Notes under the pieces: model-generated | Databases searched by the model: none | What the model was told of the DNA's origin: nothing | Seen by the model: only the letters and a program-made list of their open reading frames with translations | Assembly (NCBI GenBank): GCA_963678315.1 | Contig: OY782781.1 | Span: 192,001 to 256,000 of the forward strand | DNA from: Candidatus Cloacimonadales bacterium | GTDB lineage: Bacteria; Cloacimonadota; Cloacimonadia; Cloacimonadales; JAFGVF01 | Direction of reading: 5' to 3' | Length of the DNA: 64,000 bases | Position numbers and translations under genes: made by a program | In this document: positions 30,001 through 41,500 of the stretch, one piece after another | How positions within the stretch are numbered: position 1 is the stretch's first letter | Layout of the letters: each line of letters begins with the position of its first letter

Positions 30001-32291
30001 TAAGCACCATCAACCATTTCATGATAAACATTCATTGAGAATGATGGGTTAGATAAAGTCCAAGTATCACCATTAACTTCATAAACATCTGCTGAAACAG
30101 GGTTAATAGAAGTCAAGTTAAGTTCGAAACCAACATATTGGCCAACTGTAACCACTGTGTTAACAGGAGCAGTAAATGTCATTTCATTGTTAGCTTGGTT
30201 GTATTCAACATCAGCTTCAACGAAGTTACCAGCTACAGCATCCCAAACAAGAGCAACAATGTTACCTTGTTCAGCAACAGTTCCAGTTACAGGTAATGTA
30301 TAAACAGCATCACCAGCTGGAAGAACAGTAGATTGAACTTTAACTTGGTCAGTTAATTCGTTATAGATATCATCAACAGGCATTGTTTCAGTCATAACAA
30401 ACCAGAATGGGTTGTCATAATCAACAGTAGCACCATTAAGAGTAGCGATACCCATTTGTGTAGGAAGTTCTACATGTGAAATCCAAGCATTACCATTATC
30501 AATACCTGATAACCAGTAACTTGGTAATTCATTATTATTATTAACAACAAGAGGCATCATATTGTCAGCATCAAGTGCATGGTATCCAGCGAAACCATTT
30601 TCGTCGATTCTAACAACATTAGCCATTGAAGCTGTATCAACAACTTTCAACATGCTGTTATCATATATTTCAATTGAACCGTTTGCAGTATCAAATGTGA
30701 ATTCACCATCAACATAAGTAACGTTGATAGGGAACACTCTTGATGATTCTTGGCCGTTGTTCATAACAACATTAACTTTGATTTGAGTTGCAGCTGCAAT
30801 TGCTTCTGCATTAAAGTCAAATTCATAGTAAGGATCACCATTAGTTTGATCAACAGCAAATTCAGTCCATTCACCATTAATTGAGTATTCAGCTGTAACT
30901 GATGTTACACTATTACCCCAACGGTTAACCATTGCATACATTTTGTCAGAACTGATTTGTTCATTGTTGAATTCAAAACCAGTAATTACAGCGTATGGAT
31001 CGTTAGCATTAGGAGTAACAACAAATACATCTTGAGTTACAACATTAGTATAAGCATCGTTATCAGTAACGATAGCTTTAATTTCATAAGTTCCAACTTG
31101 GTTTTCAACTGCTGTATTCCAATCGAATGTGAATGGAGCAGCTTCAACAACAGCCATTGAAACATTGTTCACGAAGAATTCAACATTGTCGATATCTGTA
31201 GGAACAATTGAGTTTGTATCATCAGTGTAGATAGCTTCTGCATCGATAGTAGCAACAGTACCTAATTCAAATTCAGTTGCATCAGCGATGTTAGTGAATG
31301 AGATTACAGGAGCTGAGTTATCGAAGTAAACGTTTGAAGCAAGAGCAACAATTTGTTCGTTTACTGGAGAAGCAGTATCTCTAACGATAGCTTGGAAGTT
31401 ATAGAAACCACTATTTACGATTACAGCATTTAGGCCAGCAAATGTAACTGCAACATCAGTATTATTTACAGTAGCAGGAACAGTTGCAAGAGTCATCCAA
31501 CGTCCATCAAGAACATTAGCATATTGAAGTTCGATGTTAGCATCAAATACTTCGTCTGCATCTACTGTGAATGCTAAGTCAATTTCAGAGTTTTCGTTAA
31601 AGATAGAATCATTAGTAATACCAGCAACTGCATCAGCAGGAAGAGTGATATCAACCATTCTATCAAGAACTACTGTGATTTCAACTTGAACATCTTCAAA
31701 TCTAACAAGAGGACCGAAACCGAATCTGTATTCACCATCTACATCAGTATCAGCTGGAGTGAATAAGTAACTTGCGATACCATTAACAACAGCAACTTGA
31801 CCTAATGATGACCAGTCTGTTTGGCCAGGGCGAACTACATAAACATTGATTTCATCAACATCTGTATTGTTAACTGTAAGATCTAAATTAATGTTACCAT
31901 TAATGTGAAGACCGTTAGCTACACCCATTGTATTGATTTGAGAAATAGCAATAGTAGTTTCATTGTCTCTTACTTGGTAAGTAACAATAGATTCACTTGT
32001 ATTAACATATTCATCAGTCATAACAGCTTTGAAATCATAAGATGTATTGAATGCGAATGCTGCAGGAATTGTCCATTTACCTTCTGCATCAAGTACAAGT
32101 TGAGTCCAAGTGTCTAAACCAGCTTCAGACCACCAATAAGTGATTGTGATGTTTTCATCAGCAGTTTGGTTATCAGTTGCATTTGCTTGGAATGTATAAG
32201 ACATACCTCTTTCGATATAACCATTGTCATTTTCAGCAAGAACTAAGTTACCAGCAGGAACATCATTATCAATATTGAATGAGAATGTCAT
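27066..32291 (-). CDS. C-terminal part of the giant Ig-repeat surface protein, with FlgD-Ig/T9SS-like CTD (frame open up to 32591; joined to the upstream ORF by a frameshift)
   Basis: Ig-like repeats 'D..GN..'/'IDN..P'; CTD 'MYPSP..IEIFDFAGKLVRTI..FDGR..LARGAYFARI'; no signal peptide or SD at 32291. Confidence 0.8.
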   Translation of the reverse strand: MTFSFNIDNDVPAGNLVLAENDNGYIERGMSYTFQANATDNQTADENITITYWWSEAGLDTWTQLVLDAEGKWTIPAAFAFNTSYDFKAVMTDEYVNTSESIVTYQVRDNETTIAISQINTMGVANGLHINGNINLDLTVNNTDVDEINVYVVRPGQTDWSSLGQVAVVNGIASYLFTPADTDVDGEYRFGFGPLVRFEDVQVEITVVLDRMVDITLPADAVAGITNDSIFNENSEIDLAFTVDADEVFDANIELQYANVLDGRWMTLATVPATVNNTDVAVTFAGLNAVIVNSGFYNFQAIVRDTASPVNEQIVALASNVYFDNSAPVISFTNIADATEFELGTVATIDAEAIYTDDTNSIVPTDIDNVEFFVNNVSMAVVEAAPFTFDWNTAVENQVGTYEIKAIVTDNDAYTNVVTQDVFVVTPNANDPYAVITGFEFNNEQISSDKMYAMVNRWGNSVTSVTAEYSINGEWTEFAVDQTNGDPYYEFDFNAEAIAAATQIKVNVVMNNGQESSRVFPINVTYVDGEFTFDTANGSIEIYDNSMLKVVDTASMANVVRIDENGFAGYHALDADNMMPLVVNNNNELPSYWLSGIDNGNAWISHVELPTQMGIATLNGATVDYDNPFWFVMTETMPVDDIYNELTDQVKVQSTVLPAGDAVYTLPVTGTVAEQGNIVALVWDAVAGNFVEADVEYNQANNEMTFTAPVNTVVTVGQYVGFELNLTSINPVSADVYEVNGDTWTLSNPSFSMNVYHEMVDGAYDIFPAFALANVNVLVDGVNTNVANLALNNSIIDFDLANLTAGAHDVLVNVEMNGFTASANLTINVDDTLPTVMFDTAIELDALNRTLTATIQDTETGIMDYNLVINNFTAATMINVPMDQITVAGDQYSYELSIEELVTLVPQPMRSREIATLNVAWTAVNNLNQVNVIAGNVIANVTVDRPVITFLNTGFENGWWLNPSMSQEFIFTVVPAEGRTIEDIEVVLSSIDDNNNANVIQTSTPVATANPNEYSFSFVQLQLPNAIGLKVEIDAIDDIDVNNIAEQTFGIDYAQPIVMATSPIGNPIDNDNDGLFNEDPINGINEDQDFDDANNNGVWDLGEVAKIDEDIIDFENAEIMFGTDAQLAFEFEDLAGIYVNSNVQYYTGASGINLSSLVVTLDGTDITADGTSTAGAFAYTASDLTPGMHTAVATISDLVGNTGTSTLSFEVVGGPTPVVEFNNDDNNWWISTTTASTFNMNVVSGHDNTEITSVVANIYQEPANEVVQGPITLSLDDNGDASINFHGSVVEAGQTAVRVEVIAMNGWNLEAAANQTYPIDNERPLLSIINPVNEYTTMLGNAVNVTVQAQDNLSGLASTRIKVIAPNGMAIADSMITEDADNLQIAVTPEESGTYIVQATSKDMVGNVTNISRNFTVSAPAPIITIDGLDMSNGWVNVTSNNEIAFDIDNNGSEINSVMASVIAIPSNEVIVEPYTVANNNGYAVNLHGGIIPTDASAVKVVVSAENIAGGFAEATQTYPIDAYCPTIEFVTPEVNTVFAQDENLMVDVLIELSDIMPVVEDDTTRVRANSGLDSLVIVATNAANEEVLNLTVENVANSYACRVPAQTDGQYLVAATIYDRAGNKTVKMITFQVEADYSGVNLEFTAKPYMYPSPMLKGEMATFVIPTTKEAKVTIEIFDFAGKLVRTIAHNSIGGDMNNKLEFDGRTSDGKKLARGAYFARIRVVDGAKEISKVVKIAIK

Positions 32292-32533
32292 TGTTTCAGT
32301 ATGACCAACAAAGTCAGTAGTAACAACGTCAAATGTATAGTTTCCAGTAGCTAAGCCAGCAACAGCAAATGAGCCGTTAACTACAGGAAGGTTTGTTTGA
32401 TCATTAGTAGTGTAAGATTGGTTAATAAACTCAGTTCCATTAAATGTTGCAGTAACATTTTGTAAGTCAAGAACTGTATTATTAACTGTAACAGCTACAT
32501 CAATATCATTTTCATCATTTGTCCATGAGTCAG

Positions 32534-35500
32534 CTAAGATAGCATTACCATTTGTGCAACAGTGATATTTGATACTACAGGAGCAGCAACATCAACAATA
32601 TTTACTTGGTAATAAGAACCTTGGTTAACTATATAATCTGTAACAGATTCTGTGTTACCAAAGATATCTTCAACTTCAGGAGCAATTTGTACTGCAGTAG
32701 CATATAAGAAGTCTAAACCAACATTCCAGTCAGCTACGTGCCAGTTTTCATTATTAAGATCTTTAATATGAGTATTACCGTTTGCAGTAACAAACATTTC
32801 GTTCCAATCAGAAGCAATGTTACCATCAGCATCTAAGTAACGATATTTGTATGTAACAGCATTTAAGTAATAGTTATCTGAACCATCAATAGATACATTG
32901 TAATGAGTACCTCTGTTAACTGCATTAATATCAACATTTGCATCAGTTAATTCAGTTACATGGATACTAGGAGCAATGTGATCTCTATAGATAGTCATGC
33001 TTGTTTCGTTTTCAATTTGACCGAATGGATATTGAGAGATAGTTTTAACAATAACGTTTTCTTCAGTAAATGTAGAAGCATCTAAAGTTAATTTGAAGTA
33101 TCTATCATAGCCATCAACTAATGCGATAACAGCAGGATTATTACCTAATGAACCAACATTATCAAATGCAGCATCATAAGTAAGACCATTATCTCTAGAA
33201 ATCATAGCAGAAACACTAGTAGGAACAATTACATTGTTACCTTCTGGAATAAATGCATATAAGTCTAGAATATTATTACCAACCATGTCAGTAATAACAC
33301 TGTTTGTTTCAACATCAGTTTGGTGATAAGTTTCAACATTATTACGTAAATCAGAAACAACCATAATTCTTGCACCAGGTTCTTCACCTTCAAGAACGAA
33401 TGCTTGAGCAGCGTTGAAGATAGCTGATTGGTGATCATTATGATCAGTTACAGTAACAGCAATATCTACATTAAGGTTATTCATACCGTTAACAATGTAG
33501 CTTTGCATTTCTTGTGAAGGAGTCCAATCAAATGTTAATTGCGCACCATTATCAGAAGTTTTAACATTTACAGCATCAACTGTTGTTCCATGAGTAAATG
33601 TAGCTTCAAATGATTTAACACCTAATTCTGATCCTACAGCACCTAGACTTGCTAAGTAATCTGTATAATTTACAGTAAATGTATGAGTAATATTGTAAAG
33701 ACCAGTATTTGTAGAAGCAATGTTAGTAACTACAGGATCTGTAACATCAACATGGATGTCAGAACCAATACCAGCTACATTAGCATAATCTACAGTATAG
33801 TCATTACCTGCAAAATCAACAACTTTAACTCTTAAGTCATAAACACCATCAACGATGTTTGTGAATGGATCAGTTAAGTCCATAGCAAAGTTAGTTGCAG
33901 GAGTATCATAAGCACCATAAGCAACATTAACAATAGGGAATAATGTATTAGCACTATCAACTAAGTATGCATAAACATTTTTAATATCATTAATATTATC
34001 ATAGTTTACAGAGAAATCAAAGTCTTTTTCATCAACTTTGAAACCTTGGATGTCATCATATCTAACATCAGTAACTGTAAATTGAGGTGCAGTATTATCA
34101 ATTACAAGTGTTCTGATATTTGCGAAGTTTTCATCAACAGTTGCAACAGCATTATCTACAGCAACAGCTCTGAATTGGTATTCGCCATCAACATCAAATG
34201 TTCTTGTATCGAATTGAACAGCATAATCAGTAACATCAATTGTTTTTGCTACTGCAGCTATTTCATGATTGTTAAGTTCATCTTGTTCAATGATACCATT
34301 GTTATCCATATCAACGTAATATTTGATATCATAAACATCAGCTGGTAATGTTTCTTCAATAGTCCAAAGACCATTAGCTTCTTCAAGTTCGTAACGAACA
34401 TCGTTGTTACCTGATTGAGAAGTTAAGATAACATGTACACCAGGGATAACTGGGTAGTTAATTGTTTCTGATGAAACTTCAAATGTATAATCAATAACTT
34501 GTGAGTCGTTATCGATAGGAGCTATAGTAGTCCAACCGTTAACATCATCAAGATATTCGAATCTCATTTCTTGTACAATAGCAGGTTGAGCAACATTAGC
34601 AGTTAGAACTTCTAAGCCACTAATATGATCACCATCTGCATGATTGAAGATGTTTGTTGTTAAGTCAGCAACAGGGATAACATTAACAACTAAGTCAATT
34701 TGATAGTTATCAATAATGCCATCGAAAGGAATTACATCACCTTCAATGTTACCACGAGTATCAAGTGCGATTACAGCATATTCAATTCTAGTTGCGTTAT
34801 TAACAGAAATATCGAATTGGTACATGTTGTTAGCATCAACTTCATGATCATATAGACCTGTGAAGATCCAACCATTACCATCAACATTACTATATAATTG
34901 AACTGGAGGATAGATATCATCTTGACTATTATTATCCCAAGGTTGTGTTCTATCTGCCCAAGAATCAGTATCAGTAGTAGAAAGACCTGCAATAGCAGCT
35001 CTATCAATTTGGATTGTTAGGTTTTCATCTTGAGAAGCAATTACAGAAATCTCATCAGTACCATTGTAAGGTAATAATGAACTAACAGCAACGCCACCAT
35101 GATCTTCATCTGTAGTATATGCAATATTAGCAATTACAGTTTGAGGAGCTTGGTTATCAACGTAAACGACTGCATTTTCAATAGCAGAAGTATTACCATT
35201 GATATCAGTAACAGTTACTGCATAAGTTACATTACCTTCAAGATCTAATGTGTTAACACTAGTCCAAGGAATTGTAATTGTATTAGCAACATTATCAACA
35301 ACTATATTATTAACATTTCCTGTTACGTTAACATTAACAGCATTAATTTCTGTTGTTACCATAACAAGGTTTTCATCAATAGCATCAACATCAGTATAGT
35401 TAACAACTAATCTATCATTACCTAAATCATGTTTTGCCCATGATGTTTGAGTAGTAGAAGCATTGTTGTAAGCTAAACTTGGAGAAGCAAAATCAACTCT

Positions 35501-38500
35501 TAAGTTTTCATCTACATTAACTACTGCTGGGTCTGAAACAACTTCAACATTAGTATAAGAATCTATCATTACTGCGTAGAATCTGTATGAGTAGTCTGTA
35601 CCAAGAGTGTTATTACCATTAGTGTAGATTGATTCATCTACAGTAATCCATGAGTAATATAAGTCATTACCTTGATCATAGTAACATTGATCAGAGTTGA
35701 TCACATTGCTGTTACCAAAATCAGGATTAATAGTAATATCATTTGTTAAGTTGAATGTTTCTACATTACCAGTTAAGTTATCTGTTTTTTCATAGTAGAA
35801 TTCAATTTGGCTAATTCCATGTAGTCCGTTTGGATATGTTGCCAATAACTTCACACTATTGTCAGTAACAGGTGAGTTTGGTGCATATATAGCAGGAACA
35901 TCAGAATCATTAGCTTGATTGAAATCAATATAATCTTTTAATTCAAGAGTATATGATTTGTCATAAGATGGGTTTTGAATATCTAGCGTACCACTAAAGT
36001 CGTATGCAACTGAAGTGTTACCAACAAAGTCAGTAGCTACAGCAGAGATATTAACCATACCCATATCATCAGCATTATAAATCCAATTAACAGGAACAGG
36101 GTTAGTTAAATCATAAGTTAAAACATCACCATTAACTGTAAGTTCAACACTTGCAGCATCGTTCCAATTAGTACATAATGCAGTGAAATCAACATTATTG
36201 TTTTGAGTATTTTCATAATCATAAACAAGAGATAAGTTGTTAGAGTTATTTGCAAATACATCAGTAACTACAGGAGCAGTAACATCAGCAACTGTATATG
36301 GGAATACATATTCAGTAACTGTTCTCATTGTGCTACTTGTTACAAGAATTCTTACAAAGAAGTTTCTAACATTAGTATTTGGATAATTTGCATTATCTAA
36401 GTATTGTGTATAGAAGTCATCACTTAGGTCCCAAGTGAAACCATAAGGATAAACATCATCAGATGGATTAAGTTTTAAATTAGGGTTACCTGGAAGAACA
36501 GCATCGTCTTCCCATTCGCCATCATTATCTTCATCATAATATATTTCAAATTCTACATTATTAACGATACCAAGATCATCACTTATGTAGTATTCTAGAT
36601 CAACATCTTCACCACTGTTAAGATCAGTTACGTTACTTACAGGAACAACATCAGCTTGTTCATAAGTATTTACAAACTCTTGAGAGTTGTTGTAAACATT
36701 ACCTAAAGCATCAGTTACTGTATAATTAAGAACGTATCTACCTTCAGCTAAGTCATGTGAAGTATAGAAGTTATTAAATGCAAGTTCAATGAATTGACCA
36801 TTAAATGCATCCACACGTCTTGCTAAGTAAGCAGGAGTTTCAGGTGTTACAGCACCAAGGTCCATTGTTAATGTAACATTAGCAATACCACTACCATCAG
36901 TACCAAACATTGTTGGATCTTCAAGATATAATCTAATTGAAGACCAGTCATGTTCAATATTAATGTTAGCACCTTCAACATAACTATAAACATTATTATC
37001 AGTTACAAACTCGAAACCATTAGTACTAACGATTGGAGCAGTAGCATCAAGAAGAACATTGATAGTTTCTGCTTTAGTGAATCCATAGATATTTTTGTAT
37101 GTAACAGTAAACTCAACTGAACCTTCTGTTGCAGCTGATGCAGTAAAGTCATTTGCATCAATTGTTAAACTTCCAACACCATTGATAATTTGTGCTGGAT
37201 TTAAGTCATTAACTAATAATGGACTTGAGATAACAATGTCTGATAATTCAGGTACATAGTTAAGGTTTGCATTTTCACCGAAGTTTTCTAAGGTGAATGT
37301 GAAGTCAAAATCACCCATAGTTGGGTTTTGAATTGATATAGCATCAATAGTGATATCAAAATCATTACCATCAACAATTACGTTTTCTACATTATATTCA
37401 TGATTGAATACAGTAGCAGATAATTCAAATGGATTTCTGATAGAATTTACTAAAATATCAAATGATTGACCTTCTGTAAATTGAGTTCTATCAACAGTTA
37501 CAGGGAATGTAACTAACCATTGTGAATTATTTATATTTGTATCAGTTACAGTGTAATCACCGAATGTTAGTCCGTTAACATTACCAACTGTAACATTATC
37601 AATATATTCTTGATATTGACAATCGATATAAACATTAAGTACAGGATTAATAAATTCATCAGAATCTAAAGCGATTACATTAACCACATCAGCTTGATTA
37701 TTCATTAAACCTGATGTTACTAATTCTGCGTGTCTGATAATAGGAACTAATGGACCTTCACCTGCAAACTCAATAAATGAATCTGAAGAAGGAGAGTTCA
37801 AGCCTGTAATTGTTGTAACAAAAGCGTGAACTAATTGAGAAGTTTCATTAGCAACTTGATGGTTTGCTCTTACTGTTAAACCAGTAATTTCAGCAGTCCA
37901 AATATCATTTGCACTATCATAAGTAAGATCTGCATCATTAGAAACAATAGGTCCGTTTACATCAAGTACATTTTCAAAATCAGTAAATGTTGCAACTGGT
38001 TTTGCCATAGCACTTATTGTGGTTGGAGTTCTGAATTTCAATCTAATGTGAGCATCAGTATCATTTGGAGTAACATAGTTCATACTATTTTTTCCAAGTG
38101 TTTCTGACCATACATCAAGAGCGATTAATTCAGTTGAAGTAATGTCGATTACGTCATATACATTAGCCACTGTAGCTTGTCTAACTTCACCTGTAGAATA
38201 AGTAATTCTATAAGTTAATGACAAAGGACCAACTGGTGTAGCAGCATCTAAGGTAATATCACTATTTAAGTAATATTCGAAATCTCCATTAGCTGTAACA
38301 CCATTACTTGCTAAAGTAACCCATTGGCCATTAGCACCGTTGTATGTGTCAGCTAAAATTTCAACACTGTTGATAGTAGCATTATCATTAGCTTGAGGTT
38401 CGATATCTAAGATAAGACCGATTTCATTACCAGCACTTACAAATTTAGATGAAGCACTATTCAATCTGTCATTGCCATCATATTGGAAACCAACAACACC

Positions 38501-41500
38501 TTGAACATCTGCATCACTAGATATGAAACCAATTTCTACAACAGGTCCAGCAGCAGCATATTTATTGGAAGGTGAATAATAATCTTCACCAACATAGTTT
38601 TCATGATTTACAAGGTCTTCAAGAGAGTTGAACTGAACATTCATAACATCAGTATTCTCAACATCTACAGGAGCATTAGGAGTTAACTTCCAAATCATAG
38701 TTAATGTATGATCTGTTTCAGCTTCTGAACCTAATACTTCAACAGTCCAACCAGCAATAGCTGAAATATCAGCAACAGCACTTGGAAGGATTGAAACACC
38801 TTGATGATCATTGATGATTCTCTTAATATAAATAGAACCATCAAAGAAATATGAATCTAAATTGTTAGGGTCATTAAGAGTTAAATCAAAATTGTTTCTT
38901 TGACTTTGGTTAACTGGAGTATTTGCATCAGCTAACACCTTTGCTTGAGCATAAGTAAGATCACTTGCGCCTTGAGCAATTGAGTAGTCCTCATAAACAG
39001 GAACTTCTAAGTCAACTTTGATTCCTCTATTTAATGTAATAGGATTTACAGCAAAGAAGTCTTCGTATCTAACTTGAACTTGCACTTCTTCACCATCATC
39101 ATAAGCATTCCAGCATGATGCTACATCAGGAGTTTCCACCCATGTAACTACATGTTCCCAAACAGGGAAAACATCATCGTTTATCATATTTGAAACAACT
39201 GTACCAAGTACCCATCTTGTATCAGGGAAATCATCTGTGATCTGGTCAAAGTTAGCTTCTGCAACAAATGCTTGATCATCAATGATTGAGTGGATAGTCA
39301 TTTCTAGCTTAACATCATGTTCAGGTGCAAACCAGCCTTCTGGATCCATTCCAGTATAGCGGTCTGGAGAAATACCATGGAATACAAATGTTGGTGTTTC
39401 TATTACAACTGCTTCTTCAGCTTGCTCTAATGCAATGAAGTTAAAGTTTGATGTTACATTAGCTTTGAAAGTAATATTTTCAAAACCATTTTCTACATCA
39501 AATTGACTATAGTCAAAATCTTGTTCTTGTGCATTTTGATACCATGCATAGGTGTAAGTATTTCTTACAAAACCTGTAACTGGTTCAGAATCTAGAACTG
39601 TATTAACTAAAGTTGCATTTCCAGCTAGTATATCTTTATATTCAAGAGCAATATCATCTGCATCAACATGTCCGTCGTAAGCAACAACATCAACTTGAAC
39701 TTCGAAGTCTTGGTTTTCGTCAGCAGTGAAATAGTTTTGAGTTTCAATACCATTCACGTAGAATCTGAAATCAGTAATAACAACTTGGTTGTTATCCACA
39801 AATGGAACATCTAAAGTTACATCTGTTAAATCACTTGATGAGAATACTTGATATTCTTGTGGATGACTAATTACAAGAGAATCAACTCTTAGAGTTGCAT
39901 ATTCTTGACCAGCACCGAAATTATCAATTTCAAATGTATTGTTGCCATCAGCAAAGTTATTATCAATAAAGCTTTCGCCATTATTTAAATAAACTGTAAC
40001 TTGGTCTATTCTATCAGCATCAGTCAAATCGTAATTTACTACAACTTTGTTTCCATCTTGAACCATATCAACGTGGTTAGATTTGTCATTATGTTGAGTA
40101 GTAGTAGCATTATGAATTTCTACATTAGCAACTGTTGGAATATCTTGAACTGCTACAGCAACTGCTTCTTCATCATAACTTGTTGTGAAGTTAGTTGTTG
40201 ATTTAACATCAAGAGTAAAGTTAACATTTAACCATCCCCAACCATCTCTTACAAAGTTATCATAATTGAAATCTTCATTTGTCCATCTATAAACAAATGT
40301 ATTTCTTGGATAACTATCAACTGGAGTTGATTCGAATATAGATGAAACTTGGATTGGTGCATCAGCTACAAAAGTATTGTAGTTTAGAGTTACATCATTA
40401 ACATCCATCATTCCGTCATAAGCAACTAAAGTAGCTTCAATAACTAATTGATCTGCCATTTCAGCAGAAATTTCATTGTTAAGAGATTCAACACCGTTAA
40501 CGAAGAATTTAATATCTTCAACAACGATTTGAGCATCATCAATAAATGGATATAATAAAGCATTGTTACTTTCTGCGAAAGAACTGTCCAAATTATTCAC
40601 ATAATTGTGAGTAATTTCAACTTTTGCTCTTAATGCACTATATTGATTTAAACCTGTTGTAGCTACATCTTCGATAGCAATAGTATTATTGCCTTCTACA
40701 ATAGAAGCTAAAGCAACAGCTTCAGTTTTTACATTATTATTATCATCTGTATATAATGTAATAGAAACAGCATCGATTCTTTCAATATCTGTTAAGTCAA
40801 AATTAACATTCACTTTATTTCCGTCTTCAACTATAGCTGGTTCAAAAGAGTGAATATTATCATTTTGAGGATCAGCATTATATACAAGAACATTAGCTAC
40901 AGTTGGTATAGCAGTAATATCTACATCAGCAGTAGTTGATGTTTCATTATCGACCATATCTTTAGCTGTAACAGTAAATGTTAAAGTATTTGCATCATAA
41001 TCAGCAGGGATTGCAATAATCCATTGATATAAGTCATTACCTAAATCATTAGCAACTGTATTATCAGCAATTAAAGTGTTATCTGAGCAAACAATTTTTA
41101 CTTGGTCGCTTTGAACACCAGAATCCGCATCTGTAATTTCATAAACTAAAGTAAGATTATTGTTTTCATCAACTGAAGTTGGCACTGAGTTTTCAGTGAT
41201 AACTGGATCAGTTAAATCTACAACAACAGATCTATCTGTATGAGTGAAATCATGTACGGAATCATCATCTTGTGAGAATCCAAGATCAGAACTGAATTCT
41301 ATTGTAAGACTGTCTCCAGTTACATAGCTTTCAGTAAAGCCATCATAAGTTCCAGTCCATACCCATTTATAATAACCATCATAAACTCCACCGACTTGTT
41401 GTACAATTGCTTGAGAATAATCGGCACTAATTAAATTCAATGAGAATTCAACGTTCATTCCTTCTTGAGTAACACTTCTTGTGTTGAAGTAATTATTAAA

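Noticed and set aside
32534..32591. Programmed -1 ribosomal frameshift or phase-variable tract
   Set aside because: No slippery heptamer, long homopolymer or obvious stimulatory structure in the overlap
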